Of a stretch of DNA of 64,000 nt, positions 1 to 13,134 are shown one piece after another. The notes under the pieces are model-generated. The model was not told the DNA's origin. It worked only from the letters and a program-made list of their open reading frames with translations, and searched no databases. Positions within the stretch are counted from its first letter, which is position 1, and the number at the start of each line of letters is the position of its first letter. The stretch covers positions 14,478-78,477 of IMG/VR virus record IMGVR_UViG_3300046777_001575; one strand, given 5' to 3'. The translations under genes were made by a program, and so were the position numbers. This DNA comes from a virus.

Positions 1-3000
1 TTTCACCAAGACCTTCCCATAACTTAACTGGAACTGCTTTACCATTATCAGACTTAATCTTATAAAAGAAAACATTGCTAACACTTTCTCTTTCTTCTTG
101 AGACAAATTTCCCATACCAAGTGCTGCAATTTCAAAATAATACCCAACATTTGTTGATGAATTTAGCATAAACGCAATGCCACCAGACCCGCCAGATATA
201 TTAATATTTTTATCTGGCGTACTACCATTTACGACATAGTAGGTTGCGGAACCATTTGATGTTTGGCCCCTGTCTGTACTATTTTCAATTTTACCCACAA
301 TTCTCATTCTTGTGCCAAAATGTTTGTATTTGTTGTCGTCTAAAGACTTATGCACATATGATATAAAATTTCTTGGCTTTTCTTTAGTAGTAAAGTTTGG
401 TCCAGTCAGAGATAATGCTGATGATTGCAGAGTGCCACTTTGAACTGGTGTTGATGTACTGATCTCTCCTAAAAATGATGTAGACATAAAGTTTTTAATA
501 ATTCCACTTCGAGAAGATGTTCTTGCAAGAGCATCTGAAGATATTCCAGAATCAGTTAATTTGCCAGAACTAGAAACAGTTGTTGCTGGCAAAGTTAAAT
601 CTTTTTGAAATAGGTATTCGGATGACATATAGCATCCTTTTATGTTTTCATCAGATTTCCAATAGTCTGAAATTCCAGCATTATGCTCGACTATTTTAGT
701 TCCAAACTGACCACGACCATGTTTTTGAACTTCGCCATTTTGTAATTTGATCACTCCATTTTGCTCAAAATATTTTGGCTCAGAATATATTCTAACAAGA
801 CCAGTAGGATATATTTTTCCATTGAATGGAAGTTTAGAAAAATAGTTTTGATATTCTTCTGTTGATGTTATCCAAACATTTCCAAATCCAGAAACATTAT
901 ACTGAACTGCATCATATTTTATAATTTCTCCCTGTGAATAAAAGTATCCATTATATCTTGTAATCCAGTAGGCTGCCTCTCCAAGACTAAATGTATTGTT
1001 TATTAAAATATTATTTTTAACTGCAGGAACATCGGCTGTCAAATTTGAGTTAAGAGGAATTGCACTAAGAACATAAGCAGACTGATTAGCGACTTCGTTG
1101 TTAATAGATTTTGTGTTTTGAGTTCCAGAAACTTCCCAAAGAAGCGCTGGCTTATATGTATAATATCTTTCATTATCAACAAGGCTTGCCTGCCTAATAG
1201 ATCCTATCGATCTTTGTATATGCCTTGTAGTATAGTTAATTGCTCCATCGTTATATACAGAGTTTTCTTGTGTTGAAACAGAAATTATGTTTGAAAGTTT
1301 TGGCTTGTTTGTTTTATTTTTAACTTCAGAATCAGTAATAAAATCTTTTGTTCCTTGAAGTGCAAAATCGGTAGGTCTTTCTTTTTCAGATGGCATTATA
1401 TAGTTTTTACTCATCATAACAAAATTATTATATTCATCAAAAAACATAGCAGTTTGTGTTGATATAGCCAAATCTTGTAGAACTTGAGCAACGCTATTTT
1501 CTGGAGCAACAAAGAAGTATGGAATAATTATTTCTTTTTCACCTGGAACTCTTTTAAAAGTATAGTTAGAAAAACCAATATGATCTAAAAGCAAAGACAC
1601 TGCAGAACTAACAGATACCTCTGTCATCAAAATTTCTGGCGCAGTTATTGATTCAAGATACCAATACAGATCTCTTAAATTTATCGATACACTCTTTGTC
1701 ATTAAGTCTTGTTTTGGGAACGCATCAGCATAAAGAGTTTTGATTGGAACATAATAGTCCCAGCCATTAACATCAGCAATAACCTCATGGAATCTAAACT
1801 TTATATGCCTTGCAATATATTTAGATATAATACTGTTTGTATTATTTGGGTTAAATGCTTGATCGTAGTCAAAGATACTAATGTTGCCACTAGACGCAAT
1901 TAGTTGACCAACTGGTAATCCAGAAACTCCCAAGTCTGAAGCGCTTTTGGTTATTGAATAATCTAGTGTCTTATCAGAAATATTCATTATAAGTCTTGGA
2001 GAAATTTCAATAAGATCAAACGTAGAATCTTTATTTTGCATAGTATCAACAACAATTCTAATGCCATCAATATATTCAAACTCTCTAAATTGTGGCTTGT
2101 TATCAATCGATCTAATAAAAATATCTGGTGAGGTAGCATCAGTAATAAAGTTAGTTAACCTATCAACTGTTTCATCTTGAATATACCACCCATACTTCGG
2201 TGTAATTATTGTATAGTCTGTCCCGTTCCAAATATGAAACTTTCCAATGTCATTTATATTTTCTTTAATAAGATATGCGTATCCAATTACAGATTCCTCT
2301 GGTCTTAAAGATATACTTGAATATGTTTCTGCAAAAACAAAAGTAGATCTCCATTCGTCTGGAATAATAAGACCATATGCAATTTCTACATATCCATCAC
2401 TTTTAATTATTGAAGATCCATCTATTCTTCTAGATGCTGAATTAAACGATATTGTGTCTTCCCAATTACCATTTTTTAAAAGTTGAATTTTCCATTTACT
2501 AGGAACTTTTTGGTTAAGTTCTCCAAAAAATGGATCTGCAAATGTTCCTGTAGGTGAAGAGAATGGCCCCAAGTCTTCAGTTCCAATATGTGTTTGCATT
2601 TTTACGACTACTCTATTTACTGGAATTTTTTCTTTATACACTACAAACGGACACGCATCTTCTATATAATTTTGAGAGCCACGAACATTCGATGCTATAC
2701 CATATTCTTGGCCATTCTCAGTTCTGTAAGATGTCCAATATTTAAATTTATCATTTTTATCTGGCATATAATATCTAGGTCTATCTGCCATAACTATGTT
2801 TGGATGATGAAGTTTTCCATTTTCAAAAAATACAGCCTTGTTAATTCCAGATCTTGGTCTAAACTGTTCAAAACATGCTTCTAAAGAATATAAGGTTTGT
2901 GTTTTTTCTTTTTTAGTTAAAATAGTTGTTGGTGTATCTTCATTATCAAATGTTCCATCAACCAATACATCAGCGTCAGTTGCTCCTGTATAAAAATTTC

Positions 3001-3193
3001 CAGCATCATTTATATCAAAACTTGTTGGAAGAGATGAGTAAATTGATGATATTTGATTAGGTCTATATCTATAATTTCCAACATGCTTTATATTGGTTGG
3101 TATATTCATGTTCCATTCTGCTGTAATTATTGACTTGTTTTTTACTGTGGAAGAAGTCTCTAAAAATGATTGAAGTTCCTTGTCTACAAACAT
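1..3193 (-). CDS. Large minor tail / tail-tip protein, truncated by the window edge (>1060 aa)
   Basis: Not in the ORF track because it runs off the edge. ATG at 3193 overlaps the upstream stop (TAATG) and reads [32 protein letters not shown]... Position two genes after the tape measure. I translated only the N-terminal part by hand. Confidence 0.7.
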   Translation of the reverse strand, partial: MFVDKELQSFLETSSTVKNKSIITAEWNMNIPTNIKHVGNYRYRPNQISSIYSSLPTSFDINDAGNFYTGATDADVLVDGTFDNEDTPTTILTKKEKTQTLYSLEACFEQFRPRSGINKAVFFENGKLHHPNIVMADRPRYYMPDKNDKFKYWTSYRTENGQEYGIASNVRGSQNYIEDACPFVVYKEKIPVNRVVVKMQTHIGTEDLGPFSSPTGTFADPFFGELNQKVPSKWKIQLLKNGNWEDTISFNSASRRIDGSSIIKSDGYVEIAYGLIIPDEWRSTFVFAETYSSISLRPEESVIGYAYLIKENINDIGKFHIWNGTDYTIITPKYGWYIQDETVDRLTNFITDATSPDIFIRSIDNKPQFREFEYIDGIRIVVDTMQNKDSTFDLIEISPRLIMNISDKTLDYSITKSASDLGVSGLPVGQLIASSGNISIFDYDQAFNPNNTNSIISKYIARHIKFRFHEVIADVNGWDYYVPIKTLYADAFPKQDLMTKSVSINLRDLYWYLESITAPEILMTEVSVSSAVSLLLDHIGFSNYTFKRVPGEKEIIIPYFFVAPENSVAQVLQDLAISTQTAMFFDEYNNFVMMSKNYIMPSEKERPTDFALQGTKDFITDSEVKNKTNKPKLSNIISVSTQENSVYNDGAINYTTRHIQRSIGSIRQASLVDNERYYTYKPALLWEVSGTQNTKSINNEVANQSAYVLSAIPLNSNLTADVPAVKNNILINNTFSLGEAAYWITRYNGYFYSQGEIIKYDAVQYNVSGFGNVWITSTEEYQNYFSKLPFNGKIYPTGLVRIYSEPKYFEQNGVIKLQNGEVQKHGRGQFGTKIVEHNAGISDYWKSDENIKGCYMSSEYLFQKDLTLPATTVSSSGKLTDSGISSDALARTSSRSGIIKNFMSTSFLGEISTSTPVQSGTLQSSALSLTGPNFTTKEKPRNFISYVHKSLDDNKYKHFGTRMRIVGKIENSTDRGQTSNGSATYYVVNGSTPDKNINISGGSGGIAFMLNSSTNVGYYFEIAALGMGNLSQEERESVSNVFFYKIKSDNGKAVPVKLWEGLGE

Positions 3194-3831
3194 TATACTT
3201 CTTCCAAAGTTACAGAGACATTCCAGTAGTCAAACTTTGTTCCTCTTTTTTCAACTGAGTAATTAAAATTACTAATAAACATTTCTATTAGTTGATTATA
3301 CTGTCTAAGACGATCATACGGGTCTGGCTGACCATTAAAAACATCTTTTTTGTCATACGCAAGAAAAACCCAGAAAGAGTCTTTATGATTTTCATACCAC
3401 TCAAGCATATCTGCTCCACCTGCGCCACCATCTGTTGTATATGATGTATGTGGCGATATGCCAGTTTCTGCATTAAATGCTGGAATATTAGAATGAGATC
3501 TAGACGGAATCATATTCCAACTGGTACTAAGTTTTAATTTATCTGCAATATGATAGGATCTCATTCTTCCATTAATCATTCTTTCACGCTTTTCAATACG
3601 TTCATCTGAAAACTCTAATGGTGATCTGTTGTCATCTGTTAAAATTAAAAACTGATTAATTAGTGTGTCGTCTGGTTCACCAGTTGTATCTGCACCAACT
3701 TCTAACCCATATGGAACATATAACTTATTAATTATGGTGCCTGAATTTTCAGACCAAAGCATACCACTAGGTCTACTATATCTTTTTCTTCCTTGGATAT
3801 AAGAGTACCTTGGATCAATTTCGTCTGCCAC
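3193..3831 (-). CDS. Minor tail protein (distal-tail-like)
   Basis: 212 aa directly after the tape measure; C-terminus [10 protein letters not shown] is typical of Dit-like proteins. Mainly synteny. Confidence 0.55.
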   Translation of the reverse strand: MADEIDPRYSYIQGRKRYSRPSGMLWSENSGTIINKLYVPYGLEVGADTTGEPDDTLINQFLILTDDNRSPLEFSDERIEKRERMINGRMRSYHIADKLKLSTSWNMIPSRSHSNIPAFNAETGISPHTSYTTDGGAGGADMLEWYENHKDSFWVFLAYDKKDVFNGQPDPYDRLRQYNQLIEMFISNFNYSVEKRGTKFDYWNVSVTLEEV

Positions 3832-6800
3832 TTATACCAATCCCCCTAATTCTTCTGTCTTCTGTTTGTCTAATTGTTGACATTACTGCCTGTGCAATCT
3901 CGTTTGGATTAGCATCTGTCTTTGCATTAACAGTTAATGTATATGTATTATTATACACTGCTCCCCCTGGGTTTTTACCACTATTCATTGCTCTGAGAGT
4001 ATCAACACCATGTGTATCGACTGCATACTTACTCATTATAAATTCTCCTGGAGTTAACATTGCTGGGATAGTATCTGTTCCTCTTGCAAAACCACCACTA
4101 GCAAAATATTTAGGAGGTACTATTCCACCCATGCTAAAACCAAATCTACCAAACACGCTCTTTAAAGCATTAGTTACTGTTGCAACAGGTTTTGTAACTA
4201 TATTTTTTACTGCTGATGCAACATTGGATACCCCAGTTGCAACTGCCTTGGCTACTGTAGAAACAGTACTTGCAACTGTTTTTACTACCGCAGTTGCTGG
4301 CTTTGTAACTGCTGCTACAACCTTTGCAATTGGCTGATTTACACCTAAATTCCACCCAACAGAAGGAACGGATGTTGTTTTTGTTAATGGGCTTCCACCA
4401 AGTGGATTAAATGTAGGGGTTGTTGTTGCTGTAGGCTTAGGAGTAGGTACTGGATTTGGTGTTGGATTTGGTGTTGGATTTGGTGTAGGGGTAGGATCTG
4501 GTGTAGGATCTGGCTTTGGTGTAGGGGTAGGGTCTGGCTTTGGTGTAGGGGTAGGGTCTGGGGTCGGAGTAGGCTCTGGTGTTGGTTCTGGTGTAGGCTC
4601 TGGTGTAGGGGTAGGCTCTGGTGTACCAGATGTTGCTCCAGTGATTGCATCATTGCCACTTGACTGTTGATTATTATATGCCTGTATTAATTTGTCTTGA
4701 GTATTTAAAGCAAGTTGCATTGACTCTATAAACTGCTTACTTCTTACCATAGCAAGATCTACCTGATTTTTAATTGCTTCCCAAGCATCTCTTGTTTTTC
4801 CAAGAACAGTTAAATTTTCAATATCAGTTTTTAATTGAATTTGTTTTAAACGAATAAATTCTTGAGCAGGTTCTATCTTCTTTTCTTCTAAATCAAATAT
4901 CTCATTTTGCAAATCTTTAATATCAGACTCAAGTTCTTTCCTAGTTCTATATGTTTTTGTAACTGGGTCATAGGCTTTTACTGAGTTGAGTTCATACTGT
5001 CTAGATTGCTCTAATGCTTCTCTCTGCTTTGTTACAGCATCAGCAGCCTGCTGTGCTCTCATTTCTTGTGCAGCCCTTGCCGCTGCTGCTATATCTCCAG
5101 ATGTTAGAGCCTCAGCAAGTGTTAGTTGGCCTCTTTGCTGATTAGCAATAGCAGCATTAGCCTTTTCAACATCGTCTAGTGCTTTGATTCTTTCATCATA
5201 TTTTTCATTAATTTTTTGCTCTTGATCTTCAATAGCCTTTAAGGATGCTTCCTTATCATCAATTTTATATTGAATTCCAGCAATAGTATTTTGTGCTTCC
5301 TCAATTATTTTATTGCTTTCTTTAGTGTCTAAATTAAACTTTATTTGAAGTGCAGTTTCTTCAACATCAAAGGCCTCCATAGCGTTACTAAATCCTTGAT
5401 CAAACATGTCTTGCATAAACCCAATAGTGCTCTTTAGTTGATTTAGTCTTTCATTAAAATCACTCACCATCTTATTTAGTTCATTTTGTGCAGCAATAAT
5501 TTGTGCTCTATCTGCACCCTTACTTATTAAACTGTTTATTCTTGATTGTTGAGCAGCAATAGCATTTTCCATTGATCTTAAGTTTTCATCAGAGCCAATT
5601 GCAAAAGCAGTTTCTGAACTGTATTGTTGTCTAATTCTATTTTCTTGAACTCTATCTTTCTTAAATTGAGCAATGTCTGTTTTTATTCCTGAAACTGCTG
5701 CAGCCTTTTCTTGTGCAATAGTTAATGCTTTATATTTTGCTATAAGTGATTTTAAGGTTTTATCGTTAACCCCATTTGCAATTGCTGCTGCAATTGTTTT
5801 ATCAGAAATTAATTCGTATGCATTGGCAACTGGCACTCCAAGTTTAGACAACTTATCGAATGCAATAGTTTGATTTGATAATGCTTTAGACTCTTCTTCC
5901 ATGCTAGAATTAAAATCTCCCATGGTGATTGAATACAAAGCCTCTTGAATATTTTTAGCATCTCTTTTTAGTGCAATAATATTTCCCTTGTTGTCAAACT
6001 TAAACAAAGAATTTTTTCTCTTTTCATATTCTTTTGGATCCATGCCAACAATTAGTTCAATAAGGTCCTGACTTCCACCTAGTGCTCGAATATCATTTTC
6101 TATACCACTAAATACATTTATTGTCTTGCTGCCTCCAAATAATTTATCCAATGCCTTACGAGAAGCAGACCAGCCTTCTGTAACTTTGATTTGATTCATT
6201 CTTACATCTCTAAGTTTCTTTACAAGGTCGTCAAGTGGAGAAGCCTCAACCTTGCTTCCTCCACCAGTATTGCCACCTGTTGGAGCATTTGTATTAACTT
6301 GAACATTATCAACAACAGCCTTGTTTCCTTGAGCCTCTATATATTTTTGTACAATATAGGATTTGCTTCCAGTAATACCAGCACCACCTCTTGGGCCAGT
6401 TTCTTTACGCCAAGCCTTGAAATCTTCGCTTTCAAGTATCTGTGGTTCTGGAACATTAATTAATGTAGAGATAGTAGTTGTATAAACTTTTTGCTGATCT
6501 TCAGTTAGAGTATTGAAATATGCTTCATCAAATGCTGCAGTTCCCTTAACCTGTGGCATAATTTCATAAACAATTTTTGCTGTTAAATCTTTGCTTCCTT
6601 CAATGCTGTCAAGCATTTTGTTTAGTCTGTCGTATGCTTCTTTATTCTTTGGATCTATGTAATAACTTACCATTACATCTGATGGTATAACAGCATTAAG
6701 ATTATTTAACTTAATTATATTTTTTGTAAAATCAAGAGCATCTGAGTCTTTTTCAAATGCTTCTACCTTAGTAATAAATTTTGTTTGTACTGTTTTATTG

Positions 6801-9800
6801 ATTTTATTGTCTGCACCAAGAATATTTTGTGCTGCAACACCAATTGACTCAGAAGTTGCACCACTAAACTTTGTAATAATATTCATCATCTTTGGAGCAA
6901 TATCTTTATTGTCTGTTGCTAACTGAAGAAGGCTTCTAAACACTGCTGGAGGTATATCGCCACTTGCCATCTTTGCCTGAATCAAGAACTCTTGTCCACT
7001 ATCAATAGCACCAGACTTTCTCAAATCTCCTGCTTGCTGATTAACAACATCAAGATAAGCCAATTGATTTGGATCATTCTTATATTTTGCAGTAGTAGCC
7101 TTTTTCATTCCAGACATCATTGCTTCTTGAAGTCCTCCAGCACTATTGTACTGGCTAACAATGTCTCCTTGCAATGCTGCTTGGGCACCTGTTAGTTTAT
7201 CTCTTTCTTTGATATACCTGGTTTGCATTTCATTGGCTTCATTAATTTTACCCTGCAACTTTAACTCTTCAATTTTCTTTTGATAATACATATCAAATGA
7301 ATCAAGCATTTGCTTGTTTTGCTCCATAGCAATTTTTGCATCAACTGCATATGCTGCTCCTAAAGTCCCTGCTTGTTTTGTAAATTTCTTTGATGCAAAA
7401 TAGCCTCCGATAGCACCTGCTGCTGCACCAATTCCTCCACCAATTATTGCTCCAACAACGTTTCCAACTACTGGAACAGCGGTACCAATTGCTCCACCAA
7501 TTGCTGCGCCTGCTGCTGCTCCTCCAAGAGCAGAAGCACCTATTCCAACCTTTTGCATTGTTTTTTGTCCAGCAAGTTTGGTTATAGGATTTGCATTTTG
7601 AATATTTGAGATACTGCTCTTCATATTCTTAGAATTTTCTTGAATCATTTTCATTCTAATTTCAAGCGGCTTATCTAAAAGGTTTTCTCCATTAGGTCCT
7701 AGAAGACTTTCTAGTTGAGCAATAACCTTAAGACCAATTGACATGTCTCCTGCTTGTCTTGCAGCATTCATTGCTAAACTCTTTGCCTGACCTATATCCA
7801 TAGCACCTGACATAATTGCAGAAGATAACTGACTGCTCAAATCTTTTACTGCAACATTTCCCTTGCCTGCAGCATTTTGTTCAGCAATTCTCTTTGTTAA
7901 TGCTTTACCTTCTGCAGTCTGAGTAAATGCTTCTCCATACGTTGTCTTTCCTGTTGCTGGACCAAGCATTGAAAAAGAGTTTTTGCGTCTCAGGTCCATT
8001 TGTTCAGATGCTGTTACTTTACCACTAAACTTTGCTATTTCATTAATTGCAGAAGTTGTTCCTTTAAACTTTTCGCTTTCTTCCAATACCTTTTTCTGTG
8101 CTCCGTCAAATGCCATTCTTAGCGCAACAAAGGATCCAACTGTTGCTGCAAGACCAATTGCTAGTGCTGCTGCTGGACTCTTTAGCATTGGCAAAATCAT
8201 TGACAATCCCATTAAAGGCATCATAACCTTTTGTGATATTTCTCCAACTTTGCCTGGGGCCATAGATCCAATCATTGCTGCTCCAGAAGCAATTCCTACT
8301 GCTCCCCCAAGACCCATCCCTGGTCGTTTACCTGCATCAATTCTTGCTTGTCTTTTTGCTGCTCTATTTTCAGCAAACTTAGTTAATCTTCCCATTGGCG
8401 TTCTTGCTTTTGCTTCTGCTGCTGCTCTTGCATCAATAATTGATTGCTGGTATGCAACCTTTGCAGCCAACTTACTTCTTTTTTCTTCTAATGCTGCTTG
8501 TTTTCTTCTTCCCCGCATAACTGGATCAATTGGTCCAGTAGTTCCATACATAGCAGTTTTGTTTGCATTAATTCTTGCTTGTGTTCTTGCTTCTGCTCTT
8601 TGTCTTTTTTCAATTTGGCGACGTAAAGATTTTGCATCAGCATCTATTGGTCCTGTTCCATACAACAATGTTCTTGATGCTGCTGCTGCTGATTGAGAAA
8701 GAGTTGTTCCGATTGTACTACCAACAGATCTTGCTTCTGCAATAGATCCTCTTGCTCCATCTATTAATGCTGTTGCTACTGTGCTCCTTGCTTCTGGTGC
8801 ATCGGATTTTCCACGCAAGACCATAGGCTTTTGACGAATTTTTGGCTCTGTTGATGCTGGGGCTAGTCTTGTATCCTTTGTACTTCCAGTAGATGACTTA
8901 ACTCCAGCAGGCTTACTTGTTGTCTTTGGTTTTTTTGTTTTTCCAGTTTTTGGATCTTCTACTACTTCGTCTGGTTTAATTAAAATAGATGTATGAAGTT
9001 TGTGTATTTTTTTCCAATCAACCTTTTTACCTTCTCTAAGTCTATCGACCATTGCTTGATAATATGGTCTTTCTTCTGGACTAAGGTCCATAGTTGCTAG
9101 TGTTTTTTCTAGTTTAGGTAAAACTCTATCAATTTCAGCATTCATTGCATTGTGATATTCTTGAGCAGTCATCCCCTTTGCAATATCTGCTGTTGCGTTT
9201 CCAAACCAGAATGGAGATTTTCCTGCTGCAGGGCCCTTAACACCACTCAGGTTTATTTTTGCCATCTCTTCCATTGAAGGAAGATTTTTTACAAAGTCTC
9301 TCTTGCCAGATGCTCTATCAAATACTCCTGCTGCTCCAACATCTGCAATAACATTTCCACCTAAGTTTCCAGCCTTTAGGTCTTTGTCTATTCTAAGGTT
9401 TGCTGCTACAAGTTGTCTAAAATACTGTTCTTTTGTAAAGTTCTTGCCCATCTTTGAAGAATCAAACCTTGCATCATATGGAGACTCTAATACAATTATC
9501 TTTCTCTTACCGCTTGGGTCTGTAGGATCAATCATTGTCCTTACAGTTTGTTTTGGAGCATCTAGTCCATGAACATCACGAGCAATTTGAGTTGCTCTTT
9601 GTTCTGCAAGTGCTCCCTTTTCATCAAGCATAGGCTTAACAAATACTCTTGATCCATCTGGCTTTTCATATAGTCCACCTAGGCCACTAACAGGGAAACT
9701 GAATCCAGTAGTTGGAGAGATCTGTTTTCCAAAGTCTGTTGGAGATAACTTGCCAGACTTGGTTTTTGCTGCCTCTTTTGCAATATCCTTTAGTATCTTT

Positions 9801-12763
9801 ACATTCTTTGCTTGGCTTGGGTTTGCTGCTCTTTTTGCTGCTTCATCACTTCTGCGCTTAGATTCTTCATCTTGGCTTATTGATACACGATGACCAGAGC
9901 CAAGTCTGTTCATATTTACAACAGTTCCATCATTAAGTGTAACAGTTGAAGATCCAGTCTTAACAGCCCCACTCTTTTTGCTTACTCTTTCTTCAATAGT
10001 AAATGATTTGATAAGTCCCTTTTCAACTGCATTACTAAGAATCTTTCTGCTTTCTTCTGGAGTTGTTCCAAGACCTTTTCCAAGCAAGAACTTTGTAGAT
10101 GTTTGATACAACTTTTGAGCATCCCTATATACAGTGCTTGAAGCAATCTCTGGACGTTCTGCTGGAATTCTCTTTGTAAAAATGTCACGAACTAAATTAT
10201 CATTTACTCCTTTTATCTTCCCATCTGCAAAATCTTGTTTAATTATTTCAATTATTGCACGATCCATTGCCTCAACACTTGCTGCTGGAAGTCTAGAAGG
10301 GCTCCACTTTCCTGGACCAAGTTTTTCCCACTCGGCTATAAATATTTTTGGATCTACACCTGCACTAGAAGTCATAGACTTATTTAAGTGCTCTGGGAAA
10401 GTAAATGCAAGTTTATGAAGTGTGGCTGTTGTTGCTGGAAGACCCTGTGATTTTAAAATTGCTTCAAGTGCTCTAAGTTTACCCTTTTGATCATCAGACA
10501 GAAACGCATTATCTCTTATGATGTCAGAAATAAGTTTTTGTTCACTCTTTCCACCAACGTGTGTGATATTTGTTTTTGTTGCTACATCTACTCCAGTGCT
10601 TCCCTCATTAAATCCCTGTACTTTTCTACCTGCAACCAATTGTGCAATCATTGGTCTGTTTGCTGGATCTTGTGCTGATTTTGCTGGAATAACTGCTTCT
10701 CCAGGTGTAAGCATTGTTGGAACAGAGTCGGTATTACCGCTTCCTGGAACTTGCGTAGTTCCTGTAGAATACTTCTTTAGTCCTGGACCCTTACCTCCAC
10801 CTTTAACTGGACCCGTGAAGCCTATTTGTGCTGCAATTGCTCTCTTATATGCTGATGCAAGTGAGTTAACTGCTGCTGCCTCAGAAGTAAATGTTTGTTG
10901 AAGTCTTTGATGTACTTGGTCAAGGGATGCAGCAACTGCTGATGCTTCTAACTGCTCTTTAGTTAGATAAGATGTTTGTTCTCCTAAAATCTTGCTTGTA
11001 TTTCCAGTTTTGTTATACATTGACTTCATGCTTGCAAAAAGTTTAATAATGTTTGCAGCAGCGTTTGCTATCAAACCAAATGTCATAAGGAGAACTGGAC
11101 CAATTCCAGCAACTGCAACAGTTAAAATAGTAATAAACTTCTTTGTTCCATCTCCAAGGTTGTTAAACTTATCAAGAACTTTGCCAACAAACTCAACTAT
11201 AGGGGTAAGTGCTTTTAAGAATTGTTCTCCTACTGGAGCAAGAGAAGTTTTAAGATCTTCCATAGATTTCTTAAACTTATATGTTGTTGTATTTTGAATC
11301 TTATCTAATTCTCGCTGTGACAAGATAGCAAGTTCTTCTGTAGTTGCCCTTGTTAGACCTAATACTCTTTGCGCTTGTGTACCTTGCGCTGTTACGTTCT
11401 GAAATAATGTAGATAGTCTTGAGAACTGGAACTTACCAAACAACTGTTCAATAGCACGAGCACGATTAAGTGGATCTAAGGTATCTAGTGCCTGTGCAAA
11501 ACCAACAACAGTAGCCTTTATGTCTCCCTTATTTGCTTCAACAATGCCACGAATATTAACACCAAGATTTCCAAGCATCTTTGCTGCTTTATCAGATGGA
11601 TTAATTAATGATGCAAGACCAGACTTTAGTGCGTTAGCACCTTCTGATGCGTTGATTCCACCTTCCTTCATTGCTGTAAGGAAGAATGCCAAATCTTCTA
11701 CATCTCCACCAAGTTGCTTAACAACTGGACCAGCCTTTGGAATTGCAACTGTTAAGTCTTCAATTGATACAACAGTTTGGTTTTCAACTGCGTTAAGAAA
11801 GTCAATTTTCTTTGCAAGATCTGCTGAGGCAACACCAAACGCATTTGTTACCGATATTGTTGTTTCCAATGCCTGTGTTTGTTCAACTCCACCAAGAACT
11901 GCAAGCCTTGTTGCCTGTGCAACCTGTGCAGTTAGTTCTGCCCCCATCTTACCCATTGCTGCTGCATCTGCAGCCATCTTCATGGTGTCTTCAACTGCAA
12001 CTCCATACTTGGTATATTCTTTAGCAAGAGTTTGAATCTGCTTTATCATTGCATCTGTTTCTTCTTGCGTTGTAAACATTTCTCCGTATACACGCTTGAA
12101 TCTGATTGCTTGCTCTTCAAGTTGCATAAATGTCTTTGAAGCCTGTGCTCCAAGCATTGCCAATGGGACTGTGAAACCAACCATCAACTGACGGCCAGCC
12201 CACTGTGTATTCTTACCAAAATTTAGAAGATTTGTGGATCCTTGTTTTAATAGTTGATTAAGGAGTTGCTGTCTCTGTGCTGCGATTGCTGTTTGAGTGC
12301 CTAGATTCTTCATATCTAGGGTAAGAGGTCTTACAGCGATTGCCTCTAATGCACCATTTGCACCACGACCCAGTTTAATATACTGTGTCTGAATATCTTT
12401 TACACGCTCTCGTGCAACCTTGTTTATTGTTTCAAACTCAGACCTAAATAGTCTTCCAAAGGTTTTTGTGGCTGCTCCAGTGTATCTAAAATATTCTCTG
12501 GATGTTAACTTGTTACGTTCTAACGCATCAGTAAAATGCTCTGTGCTTGTTGTTACTTGTCGCATAGATGCCTGGAATTGTCCAGTAGCATTTATTGCGT
12601 TCATCAAGTTTTTTGCTTGATTTGCTGATACTGCTGCTGCTGCAGTACCAGACTTTGCCATTTGTGTATGGAAGGCTGATATTTGACGTTGTAGAAGTTT
12701 TAGACTTGCTAAAGCATCCGACGTATCAATATTTACATTAATATTGGATTGAATATCAGCCAT
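3815..12763 (-). CDS. Tail tape measure protein, multidomain (TP901-type core, kinase-like insert, Gly-zipper segments, coiled coil, Pro/Thr linker)
   Basis: 2982 aa, Ala/Gln-rich, TMP core (…[16 protein letters not shown]…), located after the tail chaperones; SD GAGGTG upstream. Confidence 0.93.
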   Translation of the reverse strand: MADIQSNINVNIDTSDALASLKLLQRQISAFHTQMAKSGTAAAAVSANQAKNLMNAINATGQFQASMRQVTTSTEHFTDALERNKLTSREYFRYTGAATKTFGRLFRSEFETINKVARERVKDIQTQYIKLGRGANGALEAIAVRPLTLDMKNLGTQTAIAAQRQQLLNQLLKQGSTNLLNFGKNTQWAGRQLMVGFTVPLAMLGAQASKTFMQLEEQAIRFKRVYGEMFTTQEETDAMIKQIQTLAKEYTKYGVAVEDTMKMAADAAAMGKMGAELTAQVAQATRLAVLGGVEQTQALETTISVTNAFGVASADLAKKIDFLNAVENQTVVSIEDLTVAIPKAGPVVKQLGGDVEDLAFFLTAMKEGGINASEGANALKSGLASLINPSDKAAKMLGNLGVNIRGIVEANKGDIKATVVGFAQALDTLDPLNRARAIEQLFGKFQFSRLSTLFQNVTAQGTQAQRVLGLTRATTEELAILSQRELDKIQNTTTYKFKKSMEDLKTSLAPVGEQFLKALTPIVEFVGKVLDKFNNLGDGTKKFITILTVAVAGIGPVLLMTFGLIANAAANIIKLFASMKSMYNKTGNTSKILGEQTSYLTKEQLEASAVAASLDQVHQRLQQTFTSEAAAVNSLASAYKRAIAAQIGFTGPVKGGGKGPGLKKYSTGTTQVPGSGNTDSVPTMLTPGEAVIPAKSAQDPANRPMIAQLVAGRKVQGFNEGSTGVDVATKTNITHVGGKSEQKLISDIIRDNAFLSDDQKGKLRALEAILKSQGLPATTATLHKLAFTFPEHLNKSMTSSAGVDPKIFIAEWEKLGPGKWSPSRLPAASVEAMDRAIIEIIKQDFADGKIKGVNDNLVRDIFTKRIPAERPEIASSTVYRDAQKLYQTSTKFLLGKGLGTTPEESRKILSNAVEKGLIKSFTIEERVSKKSGAVKTGSSTVTLNDGTVVNMNRLGSGHRVSISQDEESKRRSDEAAKRAANPSQAKNVKILKDIAKEAAKTKSGKLSPTDFGKQISPTTGFSFPVSGLGGLYEKPDGSRVFVKPMLDEKGALAEQRATQIARDVHGLDAPKQTVRTMIDPTDPSGKRKIIVLESPYDARFDSSKMGKNFTKEQYFRQLVAANLRIDKDLKAGNLGGNVIADVGAAGVFDRASGKRDFVKNLPSMEEMAKINLSGVKGPAAGKSPFWFGNATADIAKGMTAQEYHNAMNAEIDRVLPKLEKTLATMDLSPEERPYYQAMVDRLREGKKVDWKKIHKLHTSILIKPDEVVEDPKTGKTKKPKTTSKPAGVKSSTGSTKDTRLAPASTEPKIRQKPMVLRGKSDAPEARSTVATALIDGARGSIAEARSVGSTIGTTLSQSAAAASRTLLYGTGPIDADAKSLRRQIEKRQRAEARTQARINANKTAMYGTTGPIDPVMRGRRKQAALEEKRSKLAAKVAYQQSIIDARAAAEAKARTPMGRLTKFAENRAAKRQARIDAGKRPGMGLGGAVGIASGAAMIGSMAPGKVGEISQKVMMPLMGLSMILPMLKSPAAALAIGLAATVGSFVALRMAFDGAQKKVLEESEKFKGTTSAINEIAKFSGKVTASEQMDLRRKNSFSMLGPATGKTTYGEAFTQTAEGKALTKRIAEQNAAGKGNVAVKDLSSQLSSAIMSGAMDIGQAKSLAMNAARQAGDMSIGLKVIAQLESLLGPNGENLLDKPLEIRMKMIQENSKNMKSSISNIQNANPITKLAGQKTMQKVGIGASALGGAAAGAAIGGAIGTAVPVVGNVVGAIIGGGIGAAAGAIGGYFASKKFTKQAGTLGAAYAVDAKIAMEQNKQMLDSFDMYYQKKIEELKLQGKINEANEMQTRYIKERDKLTGAQAALQGDIVSQYNSAGGLQEAMMSGMKKATTAKYKNDPNQLAYLDVVNQQAGDLRKSGAIDSGQEFLIQAKMASGDIPPAVFRSLLQLATDNKDIAPKMMNIITKFSGATSESIGVAAQNILGADNKINKTVQTKFITKVEAFEKDSDALDFTKNIIKLNNLNAVIPSDVMVSYYIDPKNKEAYDRLNKMLDSIEGSKDLTAKIVYEIMPQVKGTAAFDEAYFNTLTEDQQKVYTTTISTLINVPEPQILESEDFKAWRKETGPRGGAGITGSKSYIVQKYIEAQGNKAVVDNVQVNTNAPTGGNTGGGSKVEASPLDDLVKKLRDVRMNQIKVTEGWSASRKALDKLFGGSKTINVFSGIENDIRALGGSQDLIELIVGMDPKEYEKRKNSLFKFDNKGNIIALKRDAKNIQEALYSITMGDFNSSMEEESKALSNQTIAFDKLSKLGVPVANAYELISDKTIAAAIANGVNDKTLKSLIAKYKALTIAQEKAAAVSGIKTDIAQFKKDRVQENRIRQQYSSETAFAIGSDENLRSMENAIAAQQSRINSLISKGADRAQIIAAQNELNKMVSDFNERLNQLKSTIGFMQDMFDQGFSNAMEAFDVEETALQIKFNLDTKESNKIIEEAQNTIAGIQYKIDDKEASLKAIEDQEQKINEKYDERIKALDDVEKANAAIANQQRGQLTLAEALTSGDIAAAARAAQEMRAQQAADAVTKQREALEQSRQYELNSVKAYDPVTKTYRTRKELESDIKDLQNEIFDLEEKKIEPAQEFIRLKQIQLKTDIENLTVLGKTRDAWEAIKNQVDLAMVRSKQFIESMQLALNTQDKLIQAYNNQQSSGNDAITGATSGTPEPTPTPEPTPEPTPEPTPTPDPTPTPKPDPTPTPKPDPTPDPTPTPNPTPNPTPNPVPTPKPTATTTPTFNPLGGSPLTKTTSVPSVGWNLGVNQPIAKVVAAVTKPATAVVKTVASTVSTVAKAVATGVSNVASAVKNIVTKPVATVTNALKSVFGRFGFSMGGIVPPKYFASGGFARGTDTIPAMLTPGEFIMSKYAVDTHGVDTLRAMNSGKNPGGAVYNNTYTLTVNAKTDANPNEIAQAVMSTIRQTEDRRIRGIGISGRRN
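4430..4625 (-). repeat. Pro/Thr-rich tandem repeat inside the tape measure (PEPT/PDPT/PNPT)
   Basis: [58 protein letters not shown]. Confidence 0.9.
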
Positions 12764-12781
12764 CCATTAACACCTCGTTAT

Positions 12782-13108
12782 TTAGTTGTTTGCAAGATTG
12801 CCTAGCAAAGTTGCGTCAGAAAGTTTAATTCCTGATGCTTCTTCAACAATCTTGTATACAGTTGGAAGATCTAGATTTTCTTCTAAGGCTTCCTTGTCTT
12901 CCGCCAATTCTGGCTTGTACTGTTGCATTGCGATTTGTACACAGTCCATGAGCAAATCCATAGACTTTTCGTTATCTTCTGCGACCTTTGCAATATCTTC
13001 AAACTTCTTCATAAATGGACGAAGTAGAGAGATCTTTAGTGGTCGGACCTTGACTTTTGTACCGTCAATTAGTGTTACTGTCTTTTCTTCTGTTGTGGCG
13101 GTTGCCAT
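12782..13108 (-). CDS. Tail assembly chaperone, short (gpG-like)
   Basis: 108 aa acidic helical protein immediately before the TMP; SD AAGGAGG; homologous to the N-terminus of 13167-13844. Confidence 0.75.
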   Translation of the reverse strand: MATATTEEKTVTLIDGTKVKVRPLKISLLRPFMKKFEDIAKVAEDNEKSMDLLMDCVQIAMQQYKPELAEDKEALEENLDLPTVYKIVEEASGIKLSDATLLGNLANN

Positions 13109-13134
13109 CTATTCCTCCTTATAAGGTTTAGTCA

